Virus record (IMG/VR): IMGVR_UViG_3300020045_002575
Coordinates: 1 to 47,157 of that record
Reading direction: 5' to 3' (one strand)
DNA length: 47,157 nucleotides
DNA from: a virus
Taxonomy: Duplodnaviria; Caudoviricetes
Below are positions 18,742 through 27,731 of the stretch, piece after piece. The notes under the pieces were generated by a model. That model worked only from the letters and a program-made list of their open reading frames with translations. It did no database searches and was not told where the DNA came from. The position numbers and the translations under genes are program-made. Numbering within the stretch: the first letter of the stretch is position 1; each line of letters begins with the position of its first letter.

Positions 18742-20428
18742 TTGTGTAAATAATTAAGGTTTTTTTAATTGCTTCGATCCTTTGATACGGTTCCAAGTTG
18801 GTTCCGAATTGCGTGATCGGTGCGTTTTCGCTTTCAAATTTAGTAATAAAATTCAAAAAATTGATTTTTAATGTCAAATCAAAAGAATCTATGATGTTTT
18901 TGTCTTTCATTGAAACCGCTTCCGTGATAGAATACAACGGCAACGGATCCAGTTGCAACAACATTTTTTGTCTTTCGATCTTGACTTCGTTTCCCTTGTA
19001 TTTAGTTTCGATCAATTGGGTGTAAATCATCAAAAGTTCTTCCATTGGAAACCCGGAATCCTTCGCCATCTTATATCGCTTTTGCAAGTCGTCTTCCGAT
19101 ACCAAATAAAATTCCGTCCCGAAATTAGCGTCGACATCCAATTCGATGTCCTTGTACATTAATTTTCCAACGGTTGAAACGATCCATTTATATAATTCAT
19201 CCAATTCCGTTTTTGTTCGCAACAATATTGATTCCATTGACGCGAAAGATCCTTTGACTTGTAGTTCGTTTATGGCTTCCGAATTTATATTGTTCACACC
19301 TACGGTCTTGAAACGGACTTCCAATTCAATGTCGTCCAGTTTTTCCGGAACATACTTCAATTTGTCGACATCCGGAAAGATCATTTTAAACACCCCGGAT
19401 CCATCGTTGATCGACTTGTCCGATTGAACCTTGATTCCGATGTGTGTTCCCGGATAAATGTGTTGACCGCCGTCCGATCCGCCACAAGCGGAACAATCCG
19501 TCCAAATAGTCTTCATTGAACCCGAACGTGGATCGTCCACGATTTCTTCCGAAACCTTTCCGTCATTACATTCAGGATTTGGACATTTTCTTTTGGGTGC
19601 TTCCGTTACCGGGAAAGGCGCGTAATGATCGACATAATTTCGAAATATGTCGAATATCGTCCAGTCTTCCAACTTGGAAAGAGCGGACGAAAACGCGATC
19701 CGTCTTTTGAATTTGTTCTTTTGGTTTGAAGTGGTCTTCACGAATGATTTTGCGGGACAATATCCGATCCCGTGTGCGTTACTACTTTCCAAGACAATCG
19801 CGTCCGCGTTTGAATCCTTTGAAAATACGTAATAAGTGGCGTCATCATAAACAGAAAAAAACGTCGTGATGACGTCGTCTTTTTTTTGTTGTGAATGGAT
19901 AAAGGCGATATATTCCAAATTTCCTTCGTCGTCCTTGAACACCGCGTCAACCAACCGGTTCGAATCTACAAAAACCAAATAAGGGTTTCCGCTTTCGTCA
20001 CGATCTACAACCGCAAATGAATTCGGCTTATTCTTGAAAACTTGTTTTGCAAATTTTTCGATCCATCTTGATGGTTTTTCTCTTGAAATCCATTGGTTTA
20101 ATGTTTCGACATCGCGATCACCTTCAATATTAAAAAACCTGTTTTTACCTTCAAAAACCTTGAAATAATCATTCAAGATTGAATCGCATAATTGAACGAC
20201 CGGCAATGGATAACGCGCAAATTCAATAACCCTTTCAAATTTCTTGTTTGATCTTGACTTCATCTTGGACAACAATTCATCCCAATAGGATTCACTTTTC
20301 AATTCGTCTTGCGACATTTCTTCCGTGAAAACCCGCAATTGGGATTCTTGTTTCTTTACCGATAAAATTTCCTTTTTTGACTTTGGATTCTTGATGACAT
20401 CCATCGCCGTGGTTTCGTTCAATGTCAT
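18692..20428 (-). CDS. Portal protein (578 aa) with Cys4 insertion
   Basis: Size and position between TerL and scaffold; CPNPEC...CSACGG insertion. Confidence 0.75.
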   Translation of the reverse strand: MTLNETTAMDVIKNPKSKKEILSVKKQESQLRVFTEEMSQDELKSESYWDELLSKMKSRSNKKFERVIEFARYPLPVVQLCDSILNDYFKVFEGKNRFFNIEGDRDVETLNQWISREKPSRWIEKFAKQVFKNKPNSFAVVDRDESGNPYLVFVDSNRLVDAVFKDDEGNLEYIAFIHSQQKKDDVITTFFSVYDDATYYVFSKDSNADAIVLESSNAHGIGYCPAKSFVKTTSNQKNKFKRRIAFSSALSKLEDWTIFDIFRNYVDHYAPFPVTEAPKRKCPNPECNDGKVSEEIVDDPRSGSMKTIWTDCSACGGSDGGQHIYPGTHIGIKVQSDKSINDGSGVFKMIFPDVDKLKYVPEKLDDIELEVRFKTVGVNNINSEAINELQVKGSFASMESILLRTKTELDELYKWIVSTVGKLMYKDIELDVDANFGTEFYLVSEDDLQKRYKMAKDSGFPMEELLMIYTQLIETKYKGNEVKIERQKMLLQLDPLPLYSITEAVSMKDKNIIDSFDLTLKINFLNFITKFESENAPITQFGTNLEPYQRIEAIKKTLIIYTNENIKSKQLPTGVEGN

Positions 20429-20432
20429 AAAT

Positions 20433-20597
20433 TTAAACTTTTGCGATTTCGGTTCCGTTCCATTGAAACAACTTGTCCGCCAATTCCCATTGCGAATTTT
20501 GAACTTTCAACAATTTGTTGGCTTGGTTAATTTCGAATTCAACCGGCTTTGCGTCTTTGACGTCTTTGGCTTTTAACTTTACCAATGTTTTTTTCAT
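20433..20597 (-). CDS. Small hypothetical protein, 54 aa (MKKTLVKLKAKD...GTEIAKV)
   Basis: Hand-translated; fills the gap; below the ORF-track cut-off. Confidence 0.7.
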   Translation of the reverse strand: MKKTLVKLKAKDVKDAKPVEFEINQANKLLKVQNSQWELADKLFQWNGTEIAKV

Positions 20598-20615
20598 AAC
20601 TACTTTTTTAATACG

Positions 20616-21233
20616 TTAAAGATCCGTTAACGGGTTGAAACTTGGTTTCACGATTTCAAGATCGTTTGACCATCCTTCCGCAAAACTGAAACGCATTGAC
20701 ACGGTGTCTTTGGTTCCATACCCGGCGTTGTTACGATCGGAAACAAAAACCGATTGGATTTGGAATCCTTGTTTTTTGGTTGTGCTTACTTTCACGACCG
20801 CGATCCTTCCGCCTTGTAAGAACAAGTAAACAACCAAGTTTTTTTCGCAAATTAATGCTTTCAATTGTTTTTCAACCGTTGATGATAACGATTTGAACAT
20901 ACAAGAAAATGGCGAAGGGTTCACCCCTGAAATTTCTTCGACACCATTCAATGTCGAATTGTCGCCACCGCCATTCGTGATCGCTTCACCGGCTTGGATA
21001 ACTGGATCACCACCAATGATTGGCGTCACCACGATTTTCGTGTCGTCGGTTGCGCTCATTTTAGCTTGCCAAGACGACAACAATAAAATGTCGAATGGTG
21101 TTGGTGTTCCGGCGGAATCGAACGCGTCGCCACCTCTTTGGAATCCAAGTCTTTGAATCTGTTTTAAATCAACGCCACAGTTTTCCGCAACGATTTCCAT
21201 CAATGTGGAACTTTCGGGACAATTACAATCCAT
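20616..21233 (-). CDS. Major structural protein, probably the tail tube (205 aa)
   Basis: Beta-rich ~200-aa protein, first gene after a promoter; no other tail tube candidate in the genome. Confidence 0.5.
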   Translation of the reverse strand: MDCNCPESSTLMEIVAENCGVDLKQIQRLGFQRGGDAFDSAGTPTPFDILLLSSWQAKMSATDDTKIVVTPIIGGDPVIQAGEAITNGGGDNSTLNGVEEISGVNPSPFSCMFKSLSSTVEKQLKALICEKNLVVYLFLQGGRIAVVKVSTTKKQGFQIQSVFVSDRNNAGYGTKDTVSMRFSFAEGWSNDLEIVKPSFNPLTDL

Positions 21234-21304
21234 AGTAAATAAATTTAGAAATTAATAAATGATTTTTTAAGAAAATGCGACCGCTTTCCCTTTGAAGTCT
21301 TCGA

Positions 21305-21338
21305 CAAAATTATATAAAAATATTCGATATATCACAAA
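21305..21338 (-). promoter_or_regulatory. Bacteroidota-type promoter for the structural operon
   Basis: TTTG-N22-TAATTTTG on the minus strand. Confidence 0.55.
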
Positions 21339-21361
21339 ATAAAAATTATCGACATATCCAA

Positions 21362-21394
21362 ACAAAAAACGCACAATCTTTCGAAAGTGCGTTT
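21362..21394 (-). terminator. Intrinsic terminator after TerL / sRNA2
   Basis: AAACGCAC...GTGCGTTT plus T-run. Confidence 0.8.
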
Positions 21395-21434
21395 AGTGCT
21401 AAAAACCAATTATAAAACAATGAAAAAAGAGCAT
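21362..21434 (-). ncRNA. Candidate small RNA 2
   Basis: TATATTTG -7 box at 21444-21437, then about 40 nt, then a terminator. Confidence 0.45.
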
Positions 21435-21448
21435 TGCAAATATAGTAT

Positions 21449-22939
21449 TTAATTGTACGAAACATCGACGTCGTCGTCATAAATGAAATATTCGTGTATT
21501 GCATACGCCAAAACGTCGACCATATCATCGTGGGTGTCGTTCGGGAACGATGCACATTGATCCATAAAACCTTCATTCCACGATCCCGAAACCAAAAACA
21601 CTTTCCCGGATGCCAATGTCGGTTGGCACGCTTCGACCCTTGTCATCTTTCCGTCCGCCACGACCTTCGAATTGATCTTTCGGCAATTGTGGTTCCCGTA
21701 TTTCGCCGACTTCAACATCGAATAAAACCCGTAACCGGACGCCTTCATTTCGATGAACACACTTGATGTCGGTCTATATCCGGAAGACTTCAACCAAGGA
21801 ACAATATATGTCAAGTATTCGTCCAGTTCCTTCCGGATCCCGTGACAATTGAAAATGTAAAGATTCCCTTTATACATTGAACACGACATTTGCGCGGATT
21901 CGTCGTTTTCGACCTTGTCCGTGAACGCCCCGTCAATCCAAAAATCTTTCTTTATGTTTGCCGGGTTGAACGGCAATTCGGATTCCTTGATCACGTTGAA
22001 CCATTCTTTCTTGATCTTGTTCCCGGATGCCGGTGACGGTCTTTGTTGACCCAACGACGCGAACGTGGTTGGACTGATCCTTTTTTGTTTCAGGTGTTTT
22101 TTTGCCGAATGCTTCGATTCCCACAACGCTTCGTCGATCTTTCTTGGATCATCATAAACCAAGGCGTTCACGATTGGCAATTTATCTTCCTTCAAGGCTT
22201 GAAAACAAATGATCGTCCATTCCTTCGCTTCGTCTTCATTATAATATTCCGACTTTGGATTGAATAACCGTCCCGCCAAATCGTCTTCGTGCCAACGTGT
22301 AAACAACATTAATTGGGATGATCCATTGTGAAGACGTGTTGAAAATACGTCATTGTACCAATTCCAAAGGGTGTCCCGGTATGTCTTGGAATTGGCTTGT
22401 TTCCTGTCTTTGATCGGGTCATCGATGATCCCGAAATCAATTGGATCACCGGTCAAGGATCCGCCAATGGAAACCGCCTTGAAAAATCCTTTGTGTTTTA
22501 CCGTTTCAAAATAGGTGTTGTTTCGAAGTTCGTTGGTAATCTCGACACCTTTCGCCGGAAGGATGACGCCGGGATAAATCGATTTGAATTCCGGTGAATC
22601 CATAATGTCTTGACAACCCCGGTTGAATTTGGACGCCAACTTGTCCGAATAGGACGCAACCACGATTTTCGCTTTCGGGAAACGACCAAGGATCTTTGCC
22701 GGGGTGTTAATCGACGACATATTGGATTTCCCGTGTTGTGGTGGCATAAAGATAGCCACTTTCTTTTTCTTGCCGTCGATCCATTCGTCCAAAGTGTCAT
22801 AAACGATCTTGTGGAACCATTCAATGTCGATGTCCGGATTCATAAAAGTGGCGAAGTGGGTCAACTTTCGTCGCGCCAATTCGCCGTGCAACTTTCGTTG
22901 TCGTTTGTATTCCTTAATGATTTCCGATCGTTCCGCCAT
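21449..22939 (-). CDS. terL: Terminase large subunit (496 aa)
   Basis: Walker A MPPQHGKS, Walker B GIIDDP, TRWHEDDLAG, C-terminal nuclease FPNDTHDDMVD. Confidence 0.95.
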   Translation of the reverse strand: MAERSEIIKEYKRQRKLHGELARRKLTHFATFMNPDIDIEWFHKIVYDTLDEWIDGKKKKVAIFMPPQHGKSNMSSINTPAKILGRFPKAKIVVASYSDKLASKFNRGCQDIMDSPEFKSIYPGVILPAKGVEITNELRNNTYFETVKHKGFFKAVSIGGSLTGDPIDFGIIDDPIKDRKQANSKTYRDTLWNWYNDVFSTRLHNGSSQLMLFTRWHEDDLAGRLFNPKSEYYNEDEAKEWTIICFQALKEDKLPIVNALVYDDPRKIDEALWESKHSAKKHLKQKRISPTTFASLGQQRPSPASGNKIKKEWFNVIKESELPFNPANIKKDFWIDGAFTDKVENDESAQMSCSMYKGNLYIFNCHGIRKELDEYLTYIVPWLKSSGYRPTSSVFIEMKASGYGFYSMLKSAKYGNHNCRKINSKVVADGKMTRVEACQPTLASGKVFLVSGSWNEGFMDQCASFPNDTHDDMVDVLAYAIHEYFIYDDDVDVSYN

Positions 22940-23323
22940 TTATCCTTTTTTTATGCGTTCACGGGAACGTTCCATTTCTTTTAAAATATCGTCTTCCGAC
23001 ATCGCGTCCAATTGTTCGTCCAACTTGGATTTGTCGGTGACTTGCAACATCATTCCAAATCCCTTGTTCCTTGCCAGTCGATCCAATGTGTAATGAACCG
23101 TTCTTTCCGATTTTTGTTCCAACAAGTGTTTCAACCCGGTCAACGCAAGATCGACCAACACGTCGTTCCCGTTGGCGATCGCTTCTTTGAATTCCGGGTG
23201 TTTTTGTTGCCAGTCGTGGACGGTTTGTCTTGCAACGCCACAAGCCTTCGCAATGTCGGACACACAACCCGCATAAGTGACCGCCAATTCTAATAATTTT
23301 TTTAATGTTGGTTTCTTTGCCAT
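22940..23323 (-). CDS. Terminase small subunit (HTH, 127 aa)
   Basis: HTH VSDIAKACGVARQTVHDW..HPEFKEA, abutting terL. Confidence 0.85.
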   Translation of the reverse strand: MAKKPTLKKLLELAVTYAGCVSDIAKACGVARQTVHDWQQKHPEFKEAIANGNDVLVDLALTGLKHLLEQKSERTVHYTLDRLARNKGFGMMLQVTDKSKLDEQLDAMSEDDILKEMERSRERIKKG

Positions 23324-23558
23324 TTTTATTTTTTTTCGTCTTCACCCCGTATGGAATCGTGAAAAATGTGTTGATAATTAAGCCTTTGTAATATTTGAAA
23401 GAAAGAAAAACGGTCGCCGGATTTTTTCTATAACGTAAGAATGTGTCGTTATTTTACAAATTTTCTTCGATTTTTGTTTTTTAACCGACTGGTTTTCAAT
23501 GATTAATCGAAAGGTTTTGTTTTTTCCGGTTGATCGACAATTTACGTTTCGAATCCCT

Positions 23559-23912
23559 TTATTGCTTCTTTTCCTTGATCTTTCGCATTAAAGCGCAAAA
23601 AGTGTCCGTGTTTTCGTCTTGGTTGCAATCTTTTTTGTTTATTGGAAACTCGAATGGTTCGCCACTTGGATCCGGCTTGATCGCTTCCGTCAATTCTTTG
23701 TAACTTTTATAGTTTCCGCCGTTTTGAATTGTGTTTCGTGGCGTCTTTAGGAATTTTTCTTTTTCCAAATCCATATTCCATTTTTTTAACCGGGCGATCA
23801 TTCCGTTCACTTGCGTCAATTCGTCGCCACGTTGGTTTTTCTTCAAGGTCAACAAATTTTGTTTGATCCTTTCCAATTTCTTGATCCTTGTGTCAATGAT
23901 GAAATTTCCCAT
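23559..23912 (-). CDS. Hypothetical protein (117 aa)
   Basis: ORF in the co-directional array. Confidence 0.65.
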   Translation of the reverse strand: MGNFIIDTRIKKLERIKQNLLTLKKNQRGDELTQVNGMIARLKKWNMDLEKEKFLKTPRNTIQNGGNYKSYKELTEAIKPDPSGEPFEFPINKKDCNQDENTDTFCALMRKIKEKKQ

Positions 23913-23934
23913 TTTCCAGTTTTTTTAAGTTAGT

Positions 23935-24267
23935 TTATTCTTTGTTTAAGAATCCAAATATTTCGTCGAACAACCATCCGGTCAAATACGCTTCCGGTTC
24001 GTCGTTGTATCGATCAAGTTCCATTCCGCAATCTAAATAAATATAGTTTTTTATGTGAACGATTTCGTGCGCGACGTTGCTTAAATGTTGCGCGTCTGTG
24101 AATGCAACAATGTAATGTCTATAATCTGTTTTGTGTTTTATGGTGACGGCTCCAAAGTCTTCAAGTGAAGTCGTTTCAAATTCTTTTTGAATTGACGATA
24201 AGTCATTGTCAAGGATCATTGTCAATTTACCGTAATAGATCGGAATGTTTATTGTTTGCCGTTTCAT
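23935..24267 (-). CDS. HExxH-motif (zincin-like) phage protein (110 aa)
   Basis: AHEIVH...DEPEAYL. Confidence 0.65.
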   Translation of the reverse strand: MKRQTINIPIYYGKLTMILDNDLSSIQKEFETTSLEDFGAVTIKHKTDYRHYIVAFTDAQHLSNVAHEIVHIKNYIYLDCGMELDRYNDEPEAYLTGWLFDEIFGFLNKE

Positions 24268-24551
24268 TTGTGGATTTTTGATTTCGGTTCGTTGTAAACC
24301 AAATTTACATATTCGATCGCCTTCATTGGGACTTCCGCATTAAATCGACGATCCTTTATTTCTTCCCAATCAATTTTTGTGTTGACCAAGTCTTCCGGTT
24401 TGGTTTTTTGGTTCCACAATGGATCCGTAATTCTTGCCGGTGTCGCGATGAATATTGGATCCTGTTTTTGATTCACCAATAATTCAAAAATACTTTTTTC
24501 GTGCATTAAATCCCTTCCGCATCCTATAATGATAATTTTTCCTTTTTCCAT
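24264..24551 (-). CDS. Hypothetical protein (start MEKGKII at 24551)
   Basis: The track start at 24587 lies within the terminator/promoter; TAAATTTG -7 box at 24582-24575. Confidence 0.65.
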   Translation of the reverse strand: MEKGKIIIIGCGRDLMHEKSIFELLVNQKQDPIFIATPARITDPLWNQKTKPEDLVNTKIDWEEIKDRRFNAEVPMKAIEYVNLVYNEPKSKIHK

Positions 24552-24584
24552 TCTTTTCCCTTTTAAATGTCCTACAAATTTATA

Positions 24585-24629
24585 CAAAAAACCCGGATTA
24601 AATGTTTTTCAACACTTTTCCGGGTTTTT
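24585..24629 (-). terminator. Intrinsic terminator
   Basis: AAAAACCCGG...CCGGGTTTTT stem plus T-run. Confidence 0.75.
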
Positions 24630-24645
24630 CTTGAATTATGGCTTT
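24585..24645 (-). ncRNA. Candidate small RNA 3
   Basis: TACATTTG -7 box at 24655-24648, about 18 nt upstream of the terminator hairpin. Confidence 0.4.
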
Positions 24646-24665
24646 TGCAAATGTATTAAATTATT

Positions 24666-24881
24666 CTACTTTTTGCCATTTTTATTTGATCCGGTTTTCT
24701 GAAACCGCTTTTTTACCGAATATTTTTTCCCGATCATTTTTGTCCGGCGTTCTATTTCTTCCGGTGTTCCTTCGAAAACATCAACGTGGTCGATGTTTGG
24801 ATCCTTCATCATTTCTTCCAATTTTTCTTGATGGAATGGACTGACATTACCCATTGTCCCAAATCTGTCAACTGATTGCAT
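24666..24881 (-). CDS. Hypothetical protein (71 aa)
   Basis: AATTATG start; fills the gap. Confidence 0.65.
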   Translation of the reverse strand: MQSVDRFGTMGNVSPFHQEKLEEMMKDPNIDHVDVFEGTPEEIERRTKMIGKKYSVKKRFQKTGSNKNGKK

Positions 24882-24886
24882 AATTT

Positions 24887-25438
24887 TTATTTTAAATTAA
24901 CATTTATATTGTTAAGGTTGTAACGGAACTCCGTCCAATGAATGATCCATCCTTCGAAGTATTCGTCAAACCAACAAAAGAAATCGTCCACGGAATCGAA
25001 TCCGTCGTTGATTGCCAAAAGTTCCATCCTTGGATCGTCCGGGAAAATGTCTTCACCACCTATATTAACGAAAGGTTTGAAACGATCTTCCTTGATGTCC
25101 GGATGAATGACAATTATTCTTTCCTTACCGGTACATTTAATTTTTGGTGCAAACTGGAATCGTTCCGGCGTTCGGTTGTTGATCACCGGATGGATCATTT
25201 TTTTCGCTTCCCAACGCTCGTTTTCGTCCCGGCGGATCGTGTGGCGTTTTGCCTTGAAATCATTTATTTTCAAACTGGTTTGTTCGTCCAGTTCCAACGA
25301 AATATTCATCGCTTCATTTGGGTCAAAGTCCAAGTCGTCTTCGCCAATACTTTTCCAAATCTTCGAAACAAAATTGGTCGGCTTCCCGGAAATGGCTCCT
25401 TTTCCTTCCGGGAAATGTGTTGAAAACCCTATCGTCAT
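24887..25438 (-). CDS. ASCH/PUA-like domain protein (183 aa)
   Basis: KRHTIRR...LAINDGFDSVDDFFCWF signature. Confidence 0.7.
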   Translation of the reverse strand: MTIGFSTHFPEGKGAISGKPTNFVSKIWKSIGEDDLDFDPNEAMNISLELDEQTSLKINDFKAKRHTIRRDENERWEAKKMIHPVINNRTPERFQFAPKIKCTGKERIIVIHPDIKEDRFKPFVNIGGEDIFPDDPRMELLAINDGFDSVDDFFCWFDEYFEGWIIHWTEFRYNLNNINVNLK

Positions 25439-25716
25439 TATGCGTCCGTTTTTGGTTGCATATCCACGACGATCGCTTCTTTTTCGAATTCCGACAACAA
25501 CGCCCGTTTGTTGAAGTTGTGACCGATCCGCAACAACACGTCGATCATTTCCGCGACGGTCAAGTCGCCTTCGACTTCCTTCGACGTCTTGTCGATCGCT
25601 TCGAACAAATTGTTCGCCAAAATTTCCGTTCTTTTCATCGATTGTTCTTGCAATGAATTTTGTGGTTTTCCACTTCCAAACGCTCCCGGCGTTCTTTTTC
25701 CTTTAGGTTTTCCCAT
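25438..25716 (-). CDS. Hypothetical protein (92 aa)
   Basis: ORF coupled to the next gene. Confidence 0.65.
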   Translation of the reverse strand: MGKPKGKRTPGAFGSGKPQNSLQEQSMKRTEILANNLFEAIDKTSKEVEGDLTVAEMIDVLLRIGHNFNKRALLSEFEKEAIVVDMQPKTDA

Positions 25717-25747
25717 TTTGATTTTGATTTATTTATTAGTTATTTAA

Positions 25748-26281
25748 TTAATCGAATTTTATTATCACGCCGACCGTGCCTTCATAAATGCAAATCCCGA
25801 TGTCGTTTCTTTGTTGCCGTTGGAACTTCAATTCGACCGCCACGTCTTCAAGGATCCAATATACTGTTTTTGCCCTTAAAGAATATCCAAGATAATTCGC
25901 CCATCCTTCGTCTTTCTGATATTGTCGCAAAACGGATCCGTATGTCGCGCCGACCGAAAATTCGATCCCGGAATCCCGCAACCAATGGACAAAGTAATCC
26001 ACTCCCGCGCCATAATTTTGATACTTGATCGCTTCAAATCGTCCGTAATAAATGAAAACGGCGACGTGTCCAGTTCTTGCGCCAATTTCGGCGTCAAAAT
26101 CAATTCCTTTGTTTTGGGTTTGAGTTCTTGGATTTTCGTTGAAATTGAAAATCTTGTTCGGGTCAATGCTAAAATTTATGTACTTGTACAAAGGCGGATC
26201 AACCTTTTCCCAATGCAACGTGTGTTGGGCGGTTGCCATAAATACTTGAAGTATGGCAACAATCAAAAACCACTTTTTCAC
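25748..26281 (-). CDS. Secreted outer-membrane beta-barrel protein (177 aa, GTG start)
   Basis: GTGA overlap with the upstream stop; signal peptide MKKWFLIVAILQVFMATA|Q; alternating amphipathic strands; C-terminal YEGTVGVIIKFD beta-signal-like end. Confidence 0.7.
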   Translation of the reverse strand: MKKWFLIVAILQVFMATAQHTLHWEKVDPPLYKYINFSIDPNKIFNFNENPRTQTQNKGIDFDAEIGARTGHVAVFIYYGRFEAIKYQNYGAGVDYFVHWLRDSGIEFSVGATYGSVLRQYQKDEGWANYLGYSLRAKTVYWILEDVAVELKFQRQQRNDIGICIYEGTVGVIIKFD

Positions 26282-26661
26282 TTGTCCAAAAATTTGATGT
26301 CGTTCGGGTTGACGGTATGGACTTGTCCGGATTCGTCTTCTACGATTGCGACGGTAAAATTTCCGAATCCTTGTTCGCCGGCTTCCACGGCTTCTTGTCC
26401 CCATTCGTGGAACAACCCTTTGAATTTTACGTCCTGATTGAACGATTTTCCGGAAGGACTTTCGCTTGCCGGGATCCATTTTTTCGTGTCCACTTGACAC
26501 GGGCGTTTTCTTTTTTCCATTTCTTTTTTTCTGTATTTTATTGATTCACAAATTTGTTTTGATACGTCTTGAAAATCTGATTCCAAAACGCCTTTGTTGA
26601 AATTGTCGATCTCAACTTGGTTTTTATCCAGTATCGAAATTATTAAATTGAATAAATCCAT
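26278..26661 (-). CDS. Hypothetical protein, probable internal start at 26520
   Basis: C-terminal GLFHEWG..TVAIVEDESGQV is a common small phage domain. Confidence 0.65.
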   Translation of the reverse strand: MDLFNLIISILDKNQVEIDNFNKGVLESDFQDVSKQICESIKYRKKEMEKRKRPCQVDTKKWIPASESPSGKSFNQDVKFKGLFHEWGQEAVEAGEQGFGNFTVAIVEDESGQVHTVNPNDIKFLDK

Positions 26662-26664
26662 AAC

Positions 26665-26925
26665 TTAAAAATTTCCTTCGCCGTTTTCGCCTATCGTGAA
26701 CAAGGCAACCGGCGGATGTGTTTGTCCAAGGACTTTCAGGAACAAAGGTTTCCCGGCTTGCAAAGACTTGATGTCTTCGTGGTTCGGAATCCACGCGGTC
26801 AAAAAATACGGGAATCCTTGCGCGTCGATTCCTTTTTCCGCCGGAAGTCCGAAACATTGGTCGTCCGTCATATCGGTAGGCTTTGTCAAATTCGTGTTGA
26901 CGCCTTCAAAATTGGTTGGGTACAT
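26665..26925 (-). CDS. Hypothetical protein (start MYPTNFEG)
   Basis: A-rich leader; CFGLP..AWIP..HPPV motif. Confidence 0.65.
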   Translation of the reverse strand: MYPTNFEGVNTNLTKPTDMTDDQCFGLPAEKGIDAQGFPYFLTAWIPNHEDIKSLQAGKPLFLKVLGQTHPPVALFTIGENGEGNF

Positions 26926-26936
26926 AGTTTTTGTTT

Positions 26937-27275
26937 TTAATGATGAATTGAACATTCGTTGCAACAATTATAATCTATTTGCGAATGATACCTGTAATTT
27001 GCCGAACAGTCGTCGCAATAAAATTCCTCGCATTTTTCGCAAACAAAGTCGATTTCCGTTTCCTTTCCGCAAAGGTGACAATGTGGTTCCATCTTCTTTT
27101 TTCTTTCCAAATATGCGTTCCACATATCCAACAAATTGGATCCTTTGGCATCCTTGGACAACCCGAAAAGGATCGTCAAAAAAGGGATTTCGATTCTTAT
27201 GAATTGCCGGTCGATCTTGATCAGTAATCCCAGTTGAAACGCCCAATAAACTGAAAAAAAATATTGTCCCATCAT
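26937..27275 (-). CDS. Hypothetical protein with C-terminal multi-Cys zinc finger
   Basis: CHLC-CEKC-CDDC-CCNEC. Confidence 0.65.
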   Translation of the reverse strand: MMGQYFFSVYWAFQLGLLIKIDRQFIRIEIPFLTILFGLSKDAKGSNLLDMWNAYLERKKKMEPHCHLCGKETEIDFVCEKCEEFYCDDCSANYRYHSQIDYNCCNECSIHH

Positions 27276-27731
27276 TTAAAAATTTTCGTTCGGGAATTTT
27301 TCTTTCATCAACCATTTAGGGACTTCAACTTGTTTTTTGTCCGGGTCGAATATCACTTGCGATTTCGGGAACCAAGTCGGATCGCCTTCGCAATCCAAGT
27401 AATACGAATCTTTTGTTTCCCGGATGAAATCCGCTTCGATTGTTATTCCGTCCTTAATTTCCGTGGGTGTTTTTGCTTTCGCCATTGTGTTGTTTTTTTG
27501 GTTATTATTCTTTTTTGGTTTGTCGATTTCGTCTTCAAAATATCGCCAATGGAATTCCTTGTTGACGTCTTCGTTGGTTAAAAAATGCCACTTGAAAAGA
27601 TTGAAATTGTACCAACCTATCGTGTGGATCCGTTCTATTTTCGAATAGATCAAGACATCTACCGAAAACCCGTTTTGCGAACGGCTCAATTCTTCCGGGA
27701 ATTCGGTCGACGGACTAAACTTTTCCGTCAT
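27276..27731 (-). CDS. Two-domain hypothetical protein, probable internal start at 27485
   Basis: N/K-rich linker KKNNNQKNNT before MAK. Confidence 0.65.
   Translation of the reverse strand: MTEKFSPSTEFPEELSRSQNGFSVDVLIYSKIERIHTIGWYNFNLFKWHFLTNEDVNKEFHWRYFEDEIDKPKKNNNQKNNTMAKAKTPTEIKDGITIEADFIRETKDSYYLDCEGDPTWFPKSQVIFDPDKKQVEVPKWLMKEKFPNENF

Noticed and set aside
24638-24844. Plus-strand 68-aa ORF (and MKKEHCKYSI at 21420) as type I toxins paired with the candidate sRNAs
   Set aside because: No plus-strand promoter is evident; the ORF overlaps a better minus-strand gene and the other peptide is only 10 aa
26282-26500. Arg-rich N-terminal 73 aa of the 250-aa track ORF
   Set aside because: Alternative-frame overlap with gene 26278-26661; the likely start is GTG 26281
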